The notes under the pieces: generated by a model
What the model was told of the DNA's origin: nothing
The model's input: only the letters and a program-made list of their open reading frames with translations
The model's database searches: none
Part shown: one piece after another, positions 39,604-57,188 of the stretch
How the letters are laid out: each line of letters begins with the position of its first letter
How positions within the stretch are numbered: the stretch's first letter is position 1
Program-made: the position numbers and the translations under genes
Origin: Neocallimastix sp. 'constans'
Taxonomy: Eukaryota
NCBI GenBank assembly: GCA_050613775.1
Contig: JBODTK010000011.1
Span: 558,001-622,000 of the forward strand
Direction: 5' to 3'
Length of the DNA: 64,000 nucleotides

Positions 39604-40847
39604 TTATACGTGACGTATAGAAATATTATACTTTAATGAAATATTATAGTTAAATGTTGAAATTATAACTGAATTGAAATCTCAATTTCAGTTATTTACA
39701 TTTCAATAATTAATTATATTATTTATTTAATTATAAATAATATATATATTTAAATAATAATTAATATAAATTCTTGTTTAATATTTAAAGGGGTTATCTT
39801 AGGCCTAATAATTCTGAGAATATTAATAAATAAGGTTTATATTAATAATTAATTCAATGATACATTTGACGTCACGTGTATTTTATTTATATTATGTTTT
39901 TATATATGTTTACAACATATCTATATTAAATTCAATTATTCAAATTAATTATATAATTAAATTTATCCTTATATTTTATTATTATTTATATTACTATATT
40001 ATTACTATCCTATAATTAAATATTATTATTATGTAACTTACAAAGTATAAAAGAAAGATGTAAAAATCTATCTTTTATGTTCTTTGTAAGGTTATTGTAA
40101 AATTACCTTAATAGTAATATATTATAGATATTTTATTATTAAATAAAATCAATAAATTTAAAATCAAATTAATTTGATAATTCTAATTATCAAAGTTTAT
40201 TATAAATAAATTTTCATTAAACTAAACATTTAAATATTTATTATTATTATTATATATCTATATAGTATATTACTATATAGACATATCGACTTAGTGAATA
40301 TTTTTATTAAAACATATTATTTTATTTAAATTTAAATTATAAATTATATCAAAATCTTAACATTAAATTTTATATAAAAATATTATTGGTCAATTAATAA
40401 TTTATAATTATATATATTTTTAATAAATTATTTATTTAATAAGGGGATTCTTTGATTTATAATAAAATAATAAAAGAAATGTAGAATCCAAAAATTAGTT
40501 AGAATAGAGATATAATTAATAATAATTAAATATATAAATATACTGATGAAATGTATATTTAAAAACTAGTGATGAATAGTTTATAATTGTAATAATATTA
40601 AATAATAGTATTAAGAATTTATAATTATATTTAATATAACATAATGTATAGTAATTATATAATAAAATAAATAAAGAAGGAATAATAAAACAAATAATAA
40701 ATAAAATATTTTAGTATAAAATTATATTATTTTCGTGTCATTATTATATATTTATTAGAATATATTATTTTGTTATCATTCCCTACTGTCATTCCTAAAT
40801 AAAAATAAAATATTTAGATACTGGTATTTTATAAATATCGCGTATCA
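39604..40847. mobile_element. Solo LTR E (carries a nested LTR)
   Basis: TTATACGTGAC start (compare TGATACGTGAC at 51158) and CGTATCA end. Left flank ATAT, right flank ATAC. Confidence 0.8.
39655..40362. mobile_element. Nested solo LTR inside LTR E
   Basis: TGTTGAAATT...AATCTTAACA termini with 5-bp TSD TTAAA at 39650-39654 and 40363-40367. Absent from the related LTR H. Confidence 0.8.
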
Positions 40848-40851
40848 ATAC

Positions 40852-41688
40852 TGGTAAAGAACGAACATATAATGGATTATTAATTAGAATTTCAACTTAC
40901 TTTAGAATCCATTATATTATTCTTTACTTAATATTACTTTACTATATTTTCTATACTAAAATATTTTCTAAATATATTTTTTTTTTATTTTTATTAAAAG
41001 TTTCTAAAATATTATCAATAATTCTATATTTTTATTATTAATATCAATATCTATAATTTAACCTTAAATTTTATTATTTTATTAAAGTGTTTATTATCAA
41101 TATTAATATTTTATTTTTATTTTCAAATATATTATTATATTATTATTATATTGTATCAATATTAAACTTGTATTCATTTTAGTATTTTATTTTACTTTTA
41201 AATTGATTATTTAATATTTTTATTCCCCACAAATAAAATCAAATCTTAATTGATTAATAATAAATATTAAATATATTATAGTTTTTAAATTTATTTTATA
41301 TAAAATATAAGAATATTATATTAACATTCTTGATTAAAATAACTTTATTTTTCTGTAAAATCTTTTTAAATTTTGTTTGTTACTTTTCGTATATATTAAA
41401 TAATTTAGTTTTAGTATATGAAAAATAATATAAAATTATATAAACAAAATTTATTAAAATAAAAATACTTATGAATTAGTTAATTTAAATTAATATAAAA
41501 TTTTAATTAATTAGTAATAGTAAATTATTTTTTTTTTAAATATGATAATAAAATGTAGAAAGGCTTTACATATTTATTTTTTTCAAAAAGTATAAATAAG
41601 TGAAGTTTTTCAATAATTAAAATGTAGACAGAAAAATATTGAAAATAAATAATTAAATAAAAATTCTAATAAAACCCGAACCATAACA
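40852..41688 (+). mobile_element. Solo LTR F
   Basis: TGGTAAAGAACG...CCCGAACCATAACA with ATAC on both sides. AAAAGTATAAATA TATA box as in the LTRs of elements 1 and 3. Confidence 0.85.
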
Positions 41689-41692
41689 ATAC

Positions 41693-42478
41693 TAATACAG
41701 AATGAACAAATAATACTAATTGTGCTAGAATAATATAAATTATTCTAACCTTATAGATTATTCTATTCTATATAATTGGAACTTTCCAATATTCTTCAAA
41801 TATTACTAAATAGAAATCTTAAGTTAATAAATCACTAATTAACTTATAATTCCTTTTTGAATTATCGATCCGATTCCATTATAATGTATTAAAAATCTTT
41901 AGCCAAGAATATTGTCCTTGCCCACTTAATATATTAATATTATATTTCTTTTGTATTATGTTATATTGAAAATAATCAAATCTATTTAATTAGTTATTAA
42001 AATTTTCGTTATCAATTTAAATTTATTTTTAATTACTAAATTTAACTAAACCACAATAAAATATTCTGTATAATCTCTTTATTTTTATTTTATATATATT
42101 AGTATTAAACTATTATTAAATAATTAATAATTCAATAATATATAACTACTATTTATAACAATAATATTATTAACTAAAATAATAATTCAATTTCAATTTA
42201 AATGTTTTATTTATAAAAATAATTAGTAATTAGTTTATTAAAAAAATAGTTAGGCTTTACAAATTTTAATTTGATAAAAAAATATAAATACATGTAATTT
42301 TTAGTGAAATAAAATATAATCAATAACTTACTTTTATTAAATAAATAATTATATTATTATTTTTCTTTTATAAATTTAAATAAATAAATATTGATTTTAA
42401 AACAAATTATTTTTTTATTGTAATTTTATTATTTGTGTTAATTATTATTATATTCCTAAAATTATATGAACCATACCA
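41693..42478 (+). mobile_element. Solo LTR G
   Basis: TAATACAGAATGAACAAAT start (TG decayed) and GAACCATACCA end, with ATAC on both sides. Confidence 0.78.
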
Positions 42479-42533
42479 ATACTGATCCGGAACTAGCTTA
42501 TTTACCTCAAATAAGCATATATATGAATGATAA

Positions 42534-43185
42534 TGTTGAGTTGGTACTTAGATTAAAGGGTAAACTTGGTTGGAAGCCTTTAATCTAATAACCTTTTGAT
42601 ATTATTTTATTTTATAAATTGATTTATTCAAATATAAAATATTATTTTATTATTAAACTTTTAATTAACTATATTTTTATTTAATATGTTTTATTATAAA
42701 GTTATCAGATTATTTGTAAATAATAATCTTACAAAGATTTAAAAAAGAATATTTTTTAGTTCTTTTATATTTTTGAAAAACAATATAAAATATTTATTAA
42801 TATATTTTAATTAATACTAATTTAAAGATAACAATATAAAATATAATTTTAATATATAAAGTAATAGAATAATTCATATATAATATAAGATAATAAAAAT
42901 ATATAAAATAATATAATTAATAAAAAAACAATTTTTATAAATAATATTCAACTATATTAATTAATATAAAAAGGGATAATATTAATTAATATGTAATACA
43001 ATATTAATCAATTAATATATTAGGGGTTCAATAATGTATAAAAGGGATAATATTAATTAATATGTAATACAATATTAATTTGGTTATGAACGGTACAAGG
43101 ATTTAAGGAGTACAAATTATATTTATAATTAAATTGTTATTTTTGTAGTATTAAATATAAATTAATTTGTATCAAATCCTTGACA
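42534..43185. mobile_element. Nested solo LTR inside the 5' LTR of element 2
   Basis: TGTTGAG...CTTGACA termini with 5-bp TSD GATAA at 42529-42533 and 43186-43190. Absent from the 3' LTR. Confidence 0.85.
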
Positions 43186-44217
43186 GATAAAAAGAAAAAA
43201 AAATATAAAATGTTTATAATAATGAAATTATTTAAAATTAAAATAGTTATAAAAAAAAAAAAAAAAAAATTATTTATAATAAAATTATTTATAATAAAAA
43301 TAATTATCTATAAATTGTTTTTAATAAAATAAATACAGAAATATTTAATTCTGTATAAAATTAAATCGATTGACAATAATAGTTATAAAAAAAAAAAAAA
43401 AAATTATTTATAATAAAATTATTTATAATAAAAATAATTATCTATAAATTGTTTTTAATAAAATAAATACAGAAATATTTAATTCTGTATAAAATTAAAT
43501 CGATTGACAATACTAACTATTATTTTTATTGTTTTCTCTAAAATAGATTATTATTTTCTGTATTCTTTTTACAATAATAAACTTTATGTGAATATAATAT
43601 TAATAATTTACAAGAATATTAAATTATATATTAATTGATAAATTAAAACATTATTAGAATAGATAGTTAAAATTTTAAATATAAATAAATCATTAATAAT
43701 TATACAACTATATTTTAAAATAGATACTTTAGAATAGGTTAATTTTAAAATATATTAATATTAAAATAACATTCATAATGGATTAATATAAATAAATGTA
43801 TATGTTAATGTTCCATTCAAGATTCATGTAAAAAACTATAAAAGGAAGAAATTTTCTTTCTTTGAAAAGTACGACAATAAAATAAAATAAAAATTTATAA
43901 AATACTTTTAAACTAATAAAAATTTATTTATAATATTTAATATTGTGTTTTTAAAATATTGTGTGTGATCTGTGCCCATATCAGAAATTGGTGGAGAATC
44001 CGGGCGCACACACAAAAATATGAAATAAACACATAAATTAATATTATAAATAATGGATTTTTTTATATTTTGTTTCAGAGGAAACAAAGATTTTATTTTT
44101 TTTTTTTTAAGAAGTTTCAGAGGAAACTTAAATTTATTATTTTTATTACTTTTGTAAAAGTTTCAGAGGAAACTTATTTTAAATTTACTTTTTTATTAAA
44201 TCTTTCGTTTATATTTT

Positions 44218-44255
<38 letters not shown>

Positions 44256-44631
44256 TTTTATTAGTTTTCTCATAAAAATATTTTGTGTGGCATAAGATAT
44301 TGTTACACAATCTTTATATTTTTAAATAATATTTTTATTAAAAAAAAAAAATAATAATAATAAAATTTTTTATTTTTATATTATTAAATAATTATTTTTA
44401 TATATATAAAAAAAAAAAAAAAAAAAAAAAAAATTTTTTTTTCAATTTTATATTATTAAATAATTTTTTTTCCTCAATTTTATATTATTAAATATTTTTT
44501 TTATAAAAAAATATATATATTCAATTTTATAATATTAAATAACCTTTTTATAAAATATATATATATATTTTTCTCAATTTTATATTATTAAATAACTTTT
44601 ATTTATAAAAAAAAAAAAATTTTATTTTAAG

Positions 44632-45869
44632 ATGAAAATCAGTGAAATTTCCCGTATGATTCCTAGATTAGGAAATCGTGATAGGGATATAGAAAGTTGG
44701 GCCGAGGAGTTCCAAAGAATTATGGAACTTACTAACATTGAGGAACCCAAAAGGATTTTCGCGTGGGCAAAAGAGTGCGTTCAGGGACGTCTTAAGGGTA
44801 TACTCGAAGACTTTAAGACTATAGATGGTGATGATGTTACTTATCCCAATATTAACGAAATGAAAACTGCTATTGAAGATCATCTGGAGGTTACCCAACA
44901 AGAAAAATGCTTTAATTTAAAGGCACTCAAAATAAGAAGAAACGAAACTATTAGGGATTTTAATTGGAGATATAATAACTTACATAATTCATTAAACCCT
45001 GAATCCCAGGAATTTATCACAATTAAAGATTATTGTAATTTCATATCAAGTAGACCTTTTGCCAGAACCCAAGTAATTACTGCTCAACCAGATACACTTG
45101 AAGAGGCACTCCAAATTGCTGAATTAGCCTAAAATGCAACTGAAGCACCAAACATTTCGAATAACATAATAATGGCTCTGGGAAATGAAAATAATAGTTT
45201 TCAATACAATCCTTATTATATGCCCAATAGCTCTCCTTTTAATTTCTTACACAATAATCCTTATTATGACACTTTTGATAATAACATAAATCCCGTCCTT
45301 TATACTAATAATAAATCCTTCAATATTCCTAATAACAATGGAAATATGAATTATAGATATAATAGAAAGTATAATAATTATTATAATACTTATTCTAATC
45401 TTTATAATAATAATGAATACAATAACCGATTTAATCACGGATTAAACAATAACAATTCTCAATATGACCCTTATAACAATTTTTATAATAATAATTTTAA
45501 TAATTTTGACAGTTACTATAGGAACAATTTCAATAATAATTATTTGAAAAATGATAATAATCTTAATAAAATTAATAACTTCAATAATACGAGATATAAT
45601 AGTAATAGCAATAATAATATTAATAATGAAAGATTCATCACAAACAATGTAAACAATGATAGGAATTTGAATAAACAAGCTAAAAATAATAATTATAATA
45701 ATGTCAATAATAACAATTATATTAATAATAATAGTAAAACATTAAAATGTTTTAAATGCAATCAATTCGGGCATAAATTACAAGATTGTCCATATTCTTA
45801 TCGTGAATTAGCCATAATGGAAGAAGAAGGAAAGCTTAGTATCAATAATATTAATAATAACAATAAGCC

Positions 45870-45879
<10 letters not shown>
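44632..45879 (+). pseudogene. gag: gag of element 2 with an in-frame TAA at 45130-45132
   Basis: Two same-frame ORFs separated by one stop; knuckle CFKCNQFGHKLQDC. Confidence 0.88.
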
Positions 45880-50432
<4,553 letters not shown>

Positions 50433-51157
50433 GCGGGGAGATTCTGATCCGGAACTAGCTTATTTACCTCAAATAAGCATATATAAGAATGATAAAAAGA
50501 AAAAAAAAATATAAAATGTTTATAATAATGAAATTATTTAAAATTAAAATAGTTATAAAAAAAAAAAAAAAAATTATTTATAATAAAATTATTTATAATA
50601 AAAATAATTATCTATAAATTGTTTTTAATAAAATAAATACAGAAATATTTAATTCTGTATAAAATTAAATCGATTGACAATACTAACTATTATTTTTATT
50701 GTTTTCTCTAAAATAGATTATTATTTTCTGTATTCTTTTTACAATAATAAACTTTATGAGAATATAATATTAATAATTTACACGAATATTAAATTATATA
50801 TTAATTGATAAATTAAAACATTATTAGAATAGATAGTTAAAATTTTAAATATAAATAAATCATTAATAATTATACAACTATATTTTAAAATAGATACTTT
50901 AGAATAGGTTAATTTTAAAATATATTAATATTAAAATAACATTCATAATAGATTAATATAAATAAATGTATATGTTAATGTTCCATTCAAGATTCATGTA
51001 AAAAACTATAAAAGGAAGAAATTTTCTTTCTTTGAAAAGGACGACAATAAAATAAAATAAAAATTTATAAAATACTTTTAAACTAATAAAAATTTATTTA
51101 TAATATTTAATATTGTGTTTTTAAAATATTGTGTGTGATCTGTGCCCATATCAATAC

Positions 51158-51622
51158 TGATACGTGACCACTATAAATATGATATTTAGGTAGATTCTTT
51201 AGGTTAAAGAAATACTTAAATATTATTGGTCAATAATAATTTTATAATAATATATATAATTTTAGAATAATAATTATTAAACGGAGAATTCTTTTATTTA
51301 AAAGTTTATACTTATGATAAATTAATTCACATAAATAGCTATTTTTATATATTATTTTAGTATAGTAAAAAGTGATATTATATATATTTGAGATAATTAA
51401 TTATAATATTTATATTAGAGAGTAATAATAATAATTGATGTAATAATTAATAATTAATAATAAATAAAGAGAACATTAAAAAGATATATTTATTACTTTA
51501 TTTTGTATTATTGTATGTGTTATTTCTATTTAATATTAGAATATATTATTTTGTCATAATTCCTTATTGTCATTGCCCATAAATAAATATTAATTTAGAT
51601 ACATAAATAAAATATCGTACCA
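51158..51622. mobile_element. Solo LTR H
   Basis: TGATACG...CGTACCA termini with ATAC on both sides. Homologous to LTR E. Confidence 0.85.
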
Positions 51623-51628
51623 ATACAT

Positions 51629-51865
51629 TGGTAAAGAATGAATTAATAACCTCTATTTTATTATTAATAATTCTTTACTAAATTGTACTTTCCTATATTC
51701 TTGATAACCTAAACTTAATAATAAAATTTAATTTATTTTGATATAAATTAATTTTAACTTGTAAATAATGTAAATAAATTTTAATTAATTACTTTATTGT
51801 TATATTATTAAATATATGTATATATTAAAATACAATTGTAAATATTAAAATTATACTTTTAAGAT
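51629..51865. mobile_element. Truncated LTR I (D family), fused by deletion to element 3 pol
   Basis: Nearly identical to 38585-38819, then switches abruptly to pol sequence after AAGAT. Confidence 0.85.
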
Positions 51866-54800
51866 GAAAATGAAGAAAAATTAGTCTGCTTTGTAAAAGC
51901 TATTTCTAATGAACCTATTAAGAAAGAACTTAAGAAAATGGAAGGTCTTCCTCTTCGAGAATATGTTCATAACGAAAAATTTACCAATATTCTTAATAAA
52001 AAGTATCGAGATCAAATAATTAAATTTTTAGAAGATAATATAGTTATAATTGCGACCTCTTCTGAAGAATTAACACCTTCGAACTTATCTCTATATAAAA
52101 TTCACCTTAAACCTGGTGCTAGGCCAATTAAACAAAAATTTTATAGAATCTCAAAACTTAAAACAGATATTCTTAAAGAAGAACTTACCAAATTAATAAA
52201 TAAAAGACTTATTGAACCATCATACTCAGAATGGTCTTCGCCTGTTGTTCTTGTTCCTAAACCAAATGGTAAATGGAGAATGTGTGTTGACTATAGAAAA
52301 GTCAATGATGCTACTATAAAAGATTCATATTCTCTTCCAAATATTGATGAAATATTCGATAGTTTAGATGGTGCTATAATATTTACTACAATGGACCTTT
52401 ACTCCGGATATCATCAAATATTTATGGATGAAGAAAGCGTTGAAGTTACAAGTTTTACCACAAAATTCAGAAATTATCAATTCAAAGTCATGCCTTTCGG
52501 ACTTACTAACGCTCCAGCAACTTTCCAACGTGAGATGAACAAAATTCTCTTCCCTTTCATTGGTGATTTTGTTTTCAACTTCATTGACGATATCCTTATA
52601 TACTCAAAATCTTTAGAAGAACACCTCGAACATATTGCTAAAGTACTCGCTGTTTTCAAAGAACACGAACTTAAAATCAATATTGAAAAATGTTCGTTTA
52701 TGCAAACAGAAGTTAAAGTCCTCGGTCACAAAGTATCTGCACAAGGTCTGAGCCCTCTTGATAGCAAGATTGAATCAATTAAAAATTGGAAACCTCCTTC
52801 AAACCTCCATGAATTACGGTCTTTCCTAGGGGCGATAGGTTATTATCGAGACTTCATCGATAAATATGCTCGAATCACTGCTCCTCTCTGCAAATTGTTA
52901 AGAAAAGATGTTGAATTCCGATGGAATAAAGAACAAAATGATAGCTTTAATATACTTAAAGAAAAATTAATGAATGCACCAATTTTAAAATTTCCATGTT
53001 TCGAGAAAGAATTTATTATTCGAACGGATGCATCGTATGATGGCATTGGTGGTGTCCTATTACAAAAAGATGATGAAACAAAAAAAGAGCATCCTATACA
53101 CTATATAAGTAGAACATTAACTAAACATGAAAGAAATTACGGAATTACAGATCTAGAAGGAACTCCTCTATTTTATTGTTTAACAAAATTTAACCCTTAT
53201 ATTATGGGAAATCCCATTAAAACAATAATCTATACTGACCATAAACCCTTAGTAGGATTATTCAACAAGAAAGAACCAACAAGTGCTCGACAAACCAGAT
53301 GGTGTTTAGCTGTAAATCTTTTAGGTGTAGAAATTCGATATGAACCTGGCAAAAAGAATGTTGTAGCTGATGCTCTTTCTCGAATGAAAAGTATAAATGA
53401 TAAGAAAATATTGGCAACAAAATTCTCTTCAAATGTTGATGAATCTTTATTATCTAAAGTTGTAAAAGAATTTATAGAAGAAAAATTTACAACAATTGAT
53501 GGAATTGAATACTTTGTAGATGGAAATACTTATAGGAAATTAATCACTGATACTAATGAAAAGGTCAAACTTATTCTTGAAGCTCACAGCATAGAACATG
53601 AAGGATATAATAAAACTTACCAACGATTACGAAAAAGTTACTATTGGAACAAGATGGTAAGCGATATTAAAAGAATTATTTCAAAATGCGAACAATGTCA
53701 ATTAAATAGACCCAAAGCATACCCAGAACCAACAGAAGATATTCCTACAGAAGTTGAAGGACCTTTCACACATTTAGGTTTAGATATAATTGGACCTCTA
53801 GAGAAAACATCAAACAATAATAAATATATTTTGGTAATCGTGGACAATTTTACTAAATGGGTTGAAGCCGAGCCAACTGAAAATGTAACTTCAAAAAATG
53901 TAATAAAATTTTTAATTAATGTATTCTCTCGTCATGGTGTGCCTCAAACAATTACAACTGATAATGATGTTCAATTCAATTCGGATATGACAAAAACGTT
54001 CCTAGATCTTTATGATGTGTATGTGAGGTTCAGTACCACTTATCATCCAGAAACGAACGGTCTTACAGAAAACCGAAATAAAGAAATTGGAAAACTACTT
54101 AGACTTTTAGGAAATAAACAAAAAGAATGGGACGAAGTCTTACCTTCCGTTTTATGGGCTCTTCGTACAACAAAAAATTCGGTTACTAATCACTCTAGCT
54201 TTGAACTTGTTTATGGACGAGAAGACCAACAACCCTTTGACATAGCTGCTAGACCAACTAAAAGTGTAAACAAATCTTCGGATGAAATCCTATTGGAAAA
54301 ATTTGTCAATCACTACTTATGGACTATGGAAACTGCGACCAAAAGAATAATATGAATCAGGCCAAAAGAATAAAACGTGGTGATTTAGTCTTAGCAAGGA
54401 ATTTTACTCGAAGCAAGTTAGAACCATACTTTGTTGGACCACTTCAAGTAATTAATAAACAATTCAACACAGTAACATTGGCCGATCCTAAGTCGGGTAT
54501 ACAAATGAACCGCAATGTTCATTTGAAGAACATAATCAAGTTTAACTCAGCTTCTGTATAGCTTGAGTCTTAGGGAGGGCATCTTGTTAAGGAATGAACA
54601 AATAATGTTAATTTTATTATCTTTCATAAAAATAACTTAACCACTAAAATTAAATTATTTATTTTCTTACTTGGAGAACTTTCTTACGTTTTATTACTGC
54701 CAAATTATTACTAATATTAAATTTATTATTATTAATATCAATTCTTTATCAATATCAATACTTTATTATTAAAAATAATACTATATTATTAATACCAATA

Positions 54801-55561
54801 TTATTATCAATATCTAGTTTTATTAATATGATTTATTCTATCAATATTTTATTATTAAAGAAAATTTTAATTTACAAATATTACTAATACAGATAATTTA
54901 TTACTAATAAAATTAATATAATTAATAATGATTTAAAAATATTTTACTTAAACCCATGATTCTTTTCATTAAAATTAGTAATACCTCCTCCCAAAATACA
55001 CCCCGTTTGTAATAATATAAATAATAGATAATAATCTAAAATACTTTTATTTAAAAATAGTATAAAATTAAATAATACTCTATTACTAATAGTTCTGAAA
55101 AAGTAATAAAAATATTTTTAAAATATATTATCACTACAATTAATAATAAATAGTTTAGAATTTAATAATATATAATAATTATTTATTATAATAGAATTGA
55201 ATATGAAATTTATAATTTAAATATAATTTAAATATGTAATTCTAAAATATTCTAAAGAAATGTCTTGACCATTTCTAACAATATGAAAAAGTATAAATAG
55301 TTGAGAAAATTGTATTTTGGAAAAAAAATTATCTTTAGCTTTAAAAAAAATTATTTTAGCTTTAATAAAATAATCTTTATAATTTATAATTAATAAATAA
55401 TTTTTTATCTTTAATTAATGAATCTGTATCTTTAATTAAGGAATTTTTATTAAATAAATAAATAAATAAAATACTTTAAAAATATATATTTTAATTTTTA
55501 ATTTTTTTTTATTCTAGTGTTTACTTTTATATTTATTATTATTCTGTCCCGAACCTCAACA
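51866..55561 (+). mobile_element. pol: 5'-truncated Ty3/gypsy element 3 (RT-RH-IN plus 3' LTR 54585-55561)
   Basis: ORF 51938-54355 is closely related to element 1 pol, with a frameshifting deletion near 54340. Purine tract AGGGAGGG; LTR TGTTAAGG...CCTCAACA. Confidence 0.92.
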
Positions 55562-55569
55562 ATCAATGT

Positions 55570-55886
55570 TGTAATAATCCTAAAATGTATTATCACTTAG
55601 TATGATTATTAACTTCAACTTAACGACTAATTCATTAAGTTGAGAAAAGAAAATAAAAATAAAATAAATTGTTACCTATGTCGAGTTTATTATAAAATTA
55701 ATTATAATAATAATGTTTCCAAGAGTAAAGAAATGTTTCGTATAAATTTAATTGCAAAATATGTTTATTAAAAACTTCTTTTATTATTTTATTAAGTTAA
55801 AAGAAAAATATAAATTATTATTATTATTATAACTATATTTTTTATAATAACTCTTTATTTCTTAAAGAGAACTCAAGAGTCTTATT

Positions 55887-55940
<54 letters not shown>

Positions 55941-56140
55941 TTTGAAAATAAGGTTAAATAAAAAAAGTTTTTTTAATCTTAATAAATATTTTATCTAGAA
56001 AAAGAATAGAAGAAAAAACTAGATGAGTTTTTTGATCGATATTCTATTCATATCGATCATCGTATATATTAAGTAAAACCAAATATATTATAATATTTGG
56101 ATAAAACCTTAAAATACCGATTTTCTATATTTTAATTTAG
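55570..56140. mobile_element. Partial LTR J (B family, inverted relative to B)
   Basis: Reverse complement of the right part of B, e.g. CAACTTAACGACTAATTCATTAAGTTGAGAAAA and GAGAACTCAAGAG. Cut off by a LINE fragment. Confidence 0.8.
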
Positions 56141-56149
56141 ATCATCAAA

Positions 56150-56589
56150 TAAAAGGAAAATACCTATCAAATAAAAACTCAAACGACCTACTAATGATAG
56201 GTATTGCACTTGTTAAGAATTCCGCCAAGCCCACAATTTATGGAACAGGTGACTCAGATGAACCTTTGAAAAGTAGTTCATTTAATTGTCTCTGTTCCCC
56301 ACTATCGAAATGTAGCTCATTTAAAACTAAAGTCCCACCAAGAAGGAACAAGTATATATAATGATTGATATAATCTTCAAAATTAAAAATAGAGTCATAA
56401 GAAGAAAGAAGATTAAACACTCTAATCTTCCTAAGGAATAAAACATAGAGATCATCGATGAAATTTAAAGAATTCCATCTAAAAGTTGCAAGAGCATCGC
56501 ATTTAAAAATCCAATGTTCAAAAGATTGTTTATTTTCGCCACAACAGGGGCAAGACTTGGGACAATCTTCTGAAACTCTACCCATTCTA
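56150..56589 (-). mobile_element. LINE fragment nearly identical to ~61650-62072
   Basis: Same peptide MGRVSEDCPK.CPCCGE.KQSFEHWIFKC...SESPVP*. Confidence 0.9.
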
Positions 56590-56705
56590 TTTTTTTTTTT
56601 TTTTTTTTTTGACAGGGAAGAGAATACACTTCCAAAATTTTATTAAATTTTATTTTAAAAAATACATGTAGGTGAAAAGCACATTTGAAATTAAAAATAA
56701 AAAAT
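56590..56705 (-). mobile_element. LINE 3' end plus poly(A), same family as 61204-61365
   Basis: T run followed by GACAGGGAAGAGAATACACTTCCAAAA...CATGTAGGTGAAAAG, as at 61271-61360. Confidence 0.8.
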
Positions 56706-57157
56706 TTTCTAAGATATATTAAAAAACAATATTAGTGGAAAAATTATTTATTCAATAAAATATAATGCAAAATAATATATTTATTTAAAGTAAAAAATAA
56801 AAAAATATTTTAAAAGGATATGAAAATTAAAAACCTAAAGTAAAAATTTATATAAAAATATAAAGTAAAATATATAAAAATAGAAAAAAAATATATATAA
56901 TATATATAAATATATAGAATAGAAAAATTTTAGAAATATAAGAGAAAAAAAATAAAAACAATATTGTTAGTAGTATAGTGTAAAAAATTCTTTTGGTTGA
57001 AAATTTGATTTAAAAAATACAGTTATGATTAATATAAAAAATAAAGATTGCATTAAAAATTGAAAAGTAATTTAGATTTTATTATTATACTAATTGCTGA
57101 ACCCCCTCAGAAACCATACAGCTTAGGTTCCATCATTGGGGATTTCTATTATTACTA

Positions 57158-57161
<4 letters not shown>

Positions 57162-57188
<27 letters not shown>

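Noticed and set aside
50445..50500. Microhomology deletion in the element 2 3' LTR to explain unequal LTR lengths
   Set aside because: The extra 5' LTR segment has TG..CA ends and a GATAA duplication, so it is an insertion.
51629..55561. LTR I and element 3 as a single element
   Set aside because: I belongs to the D family and does not match the 3' LTR at 54585. It is a deletion junction between two units.
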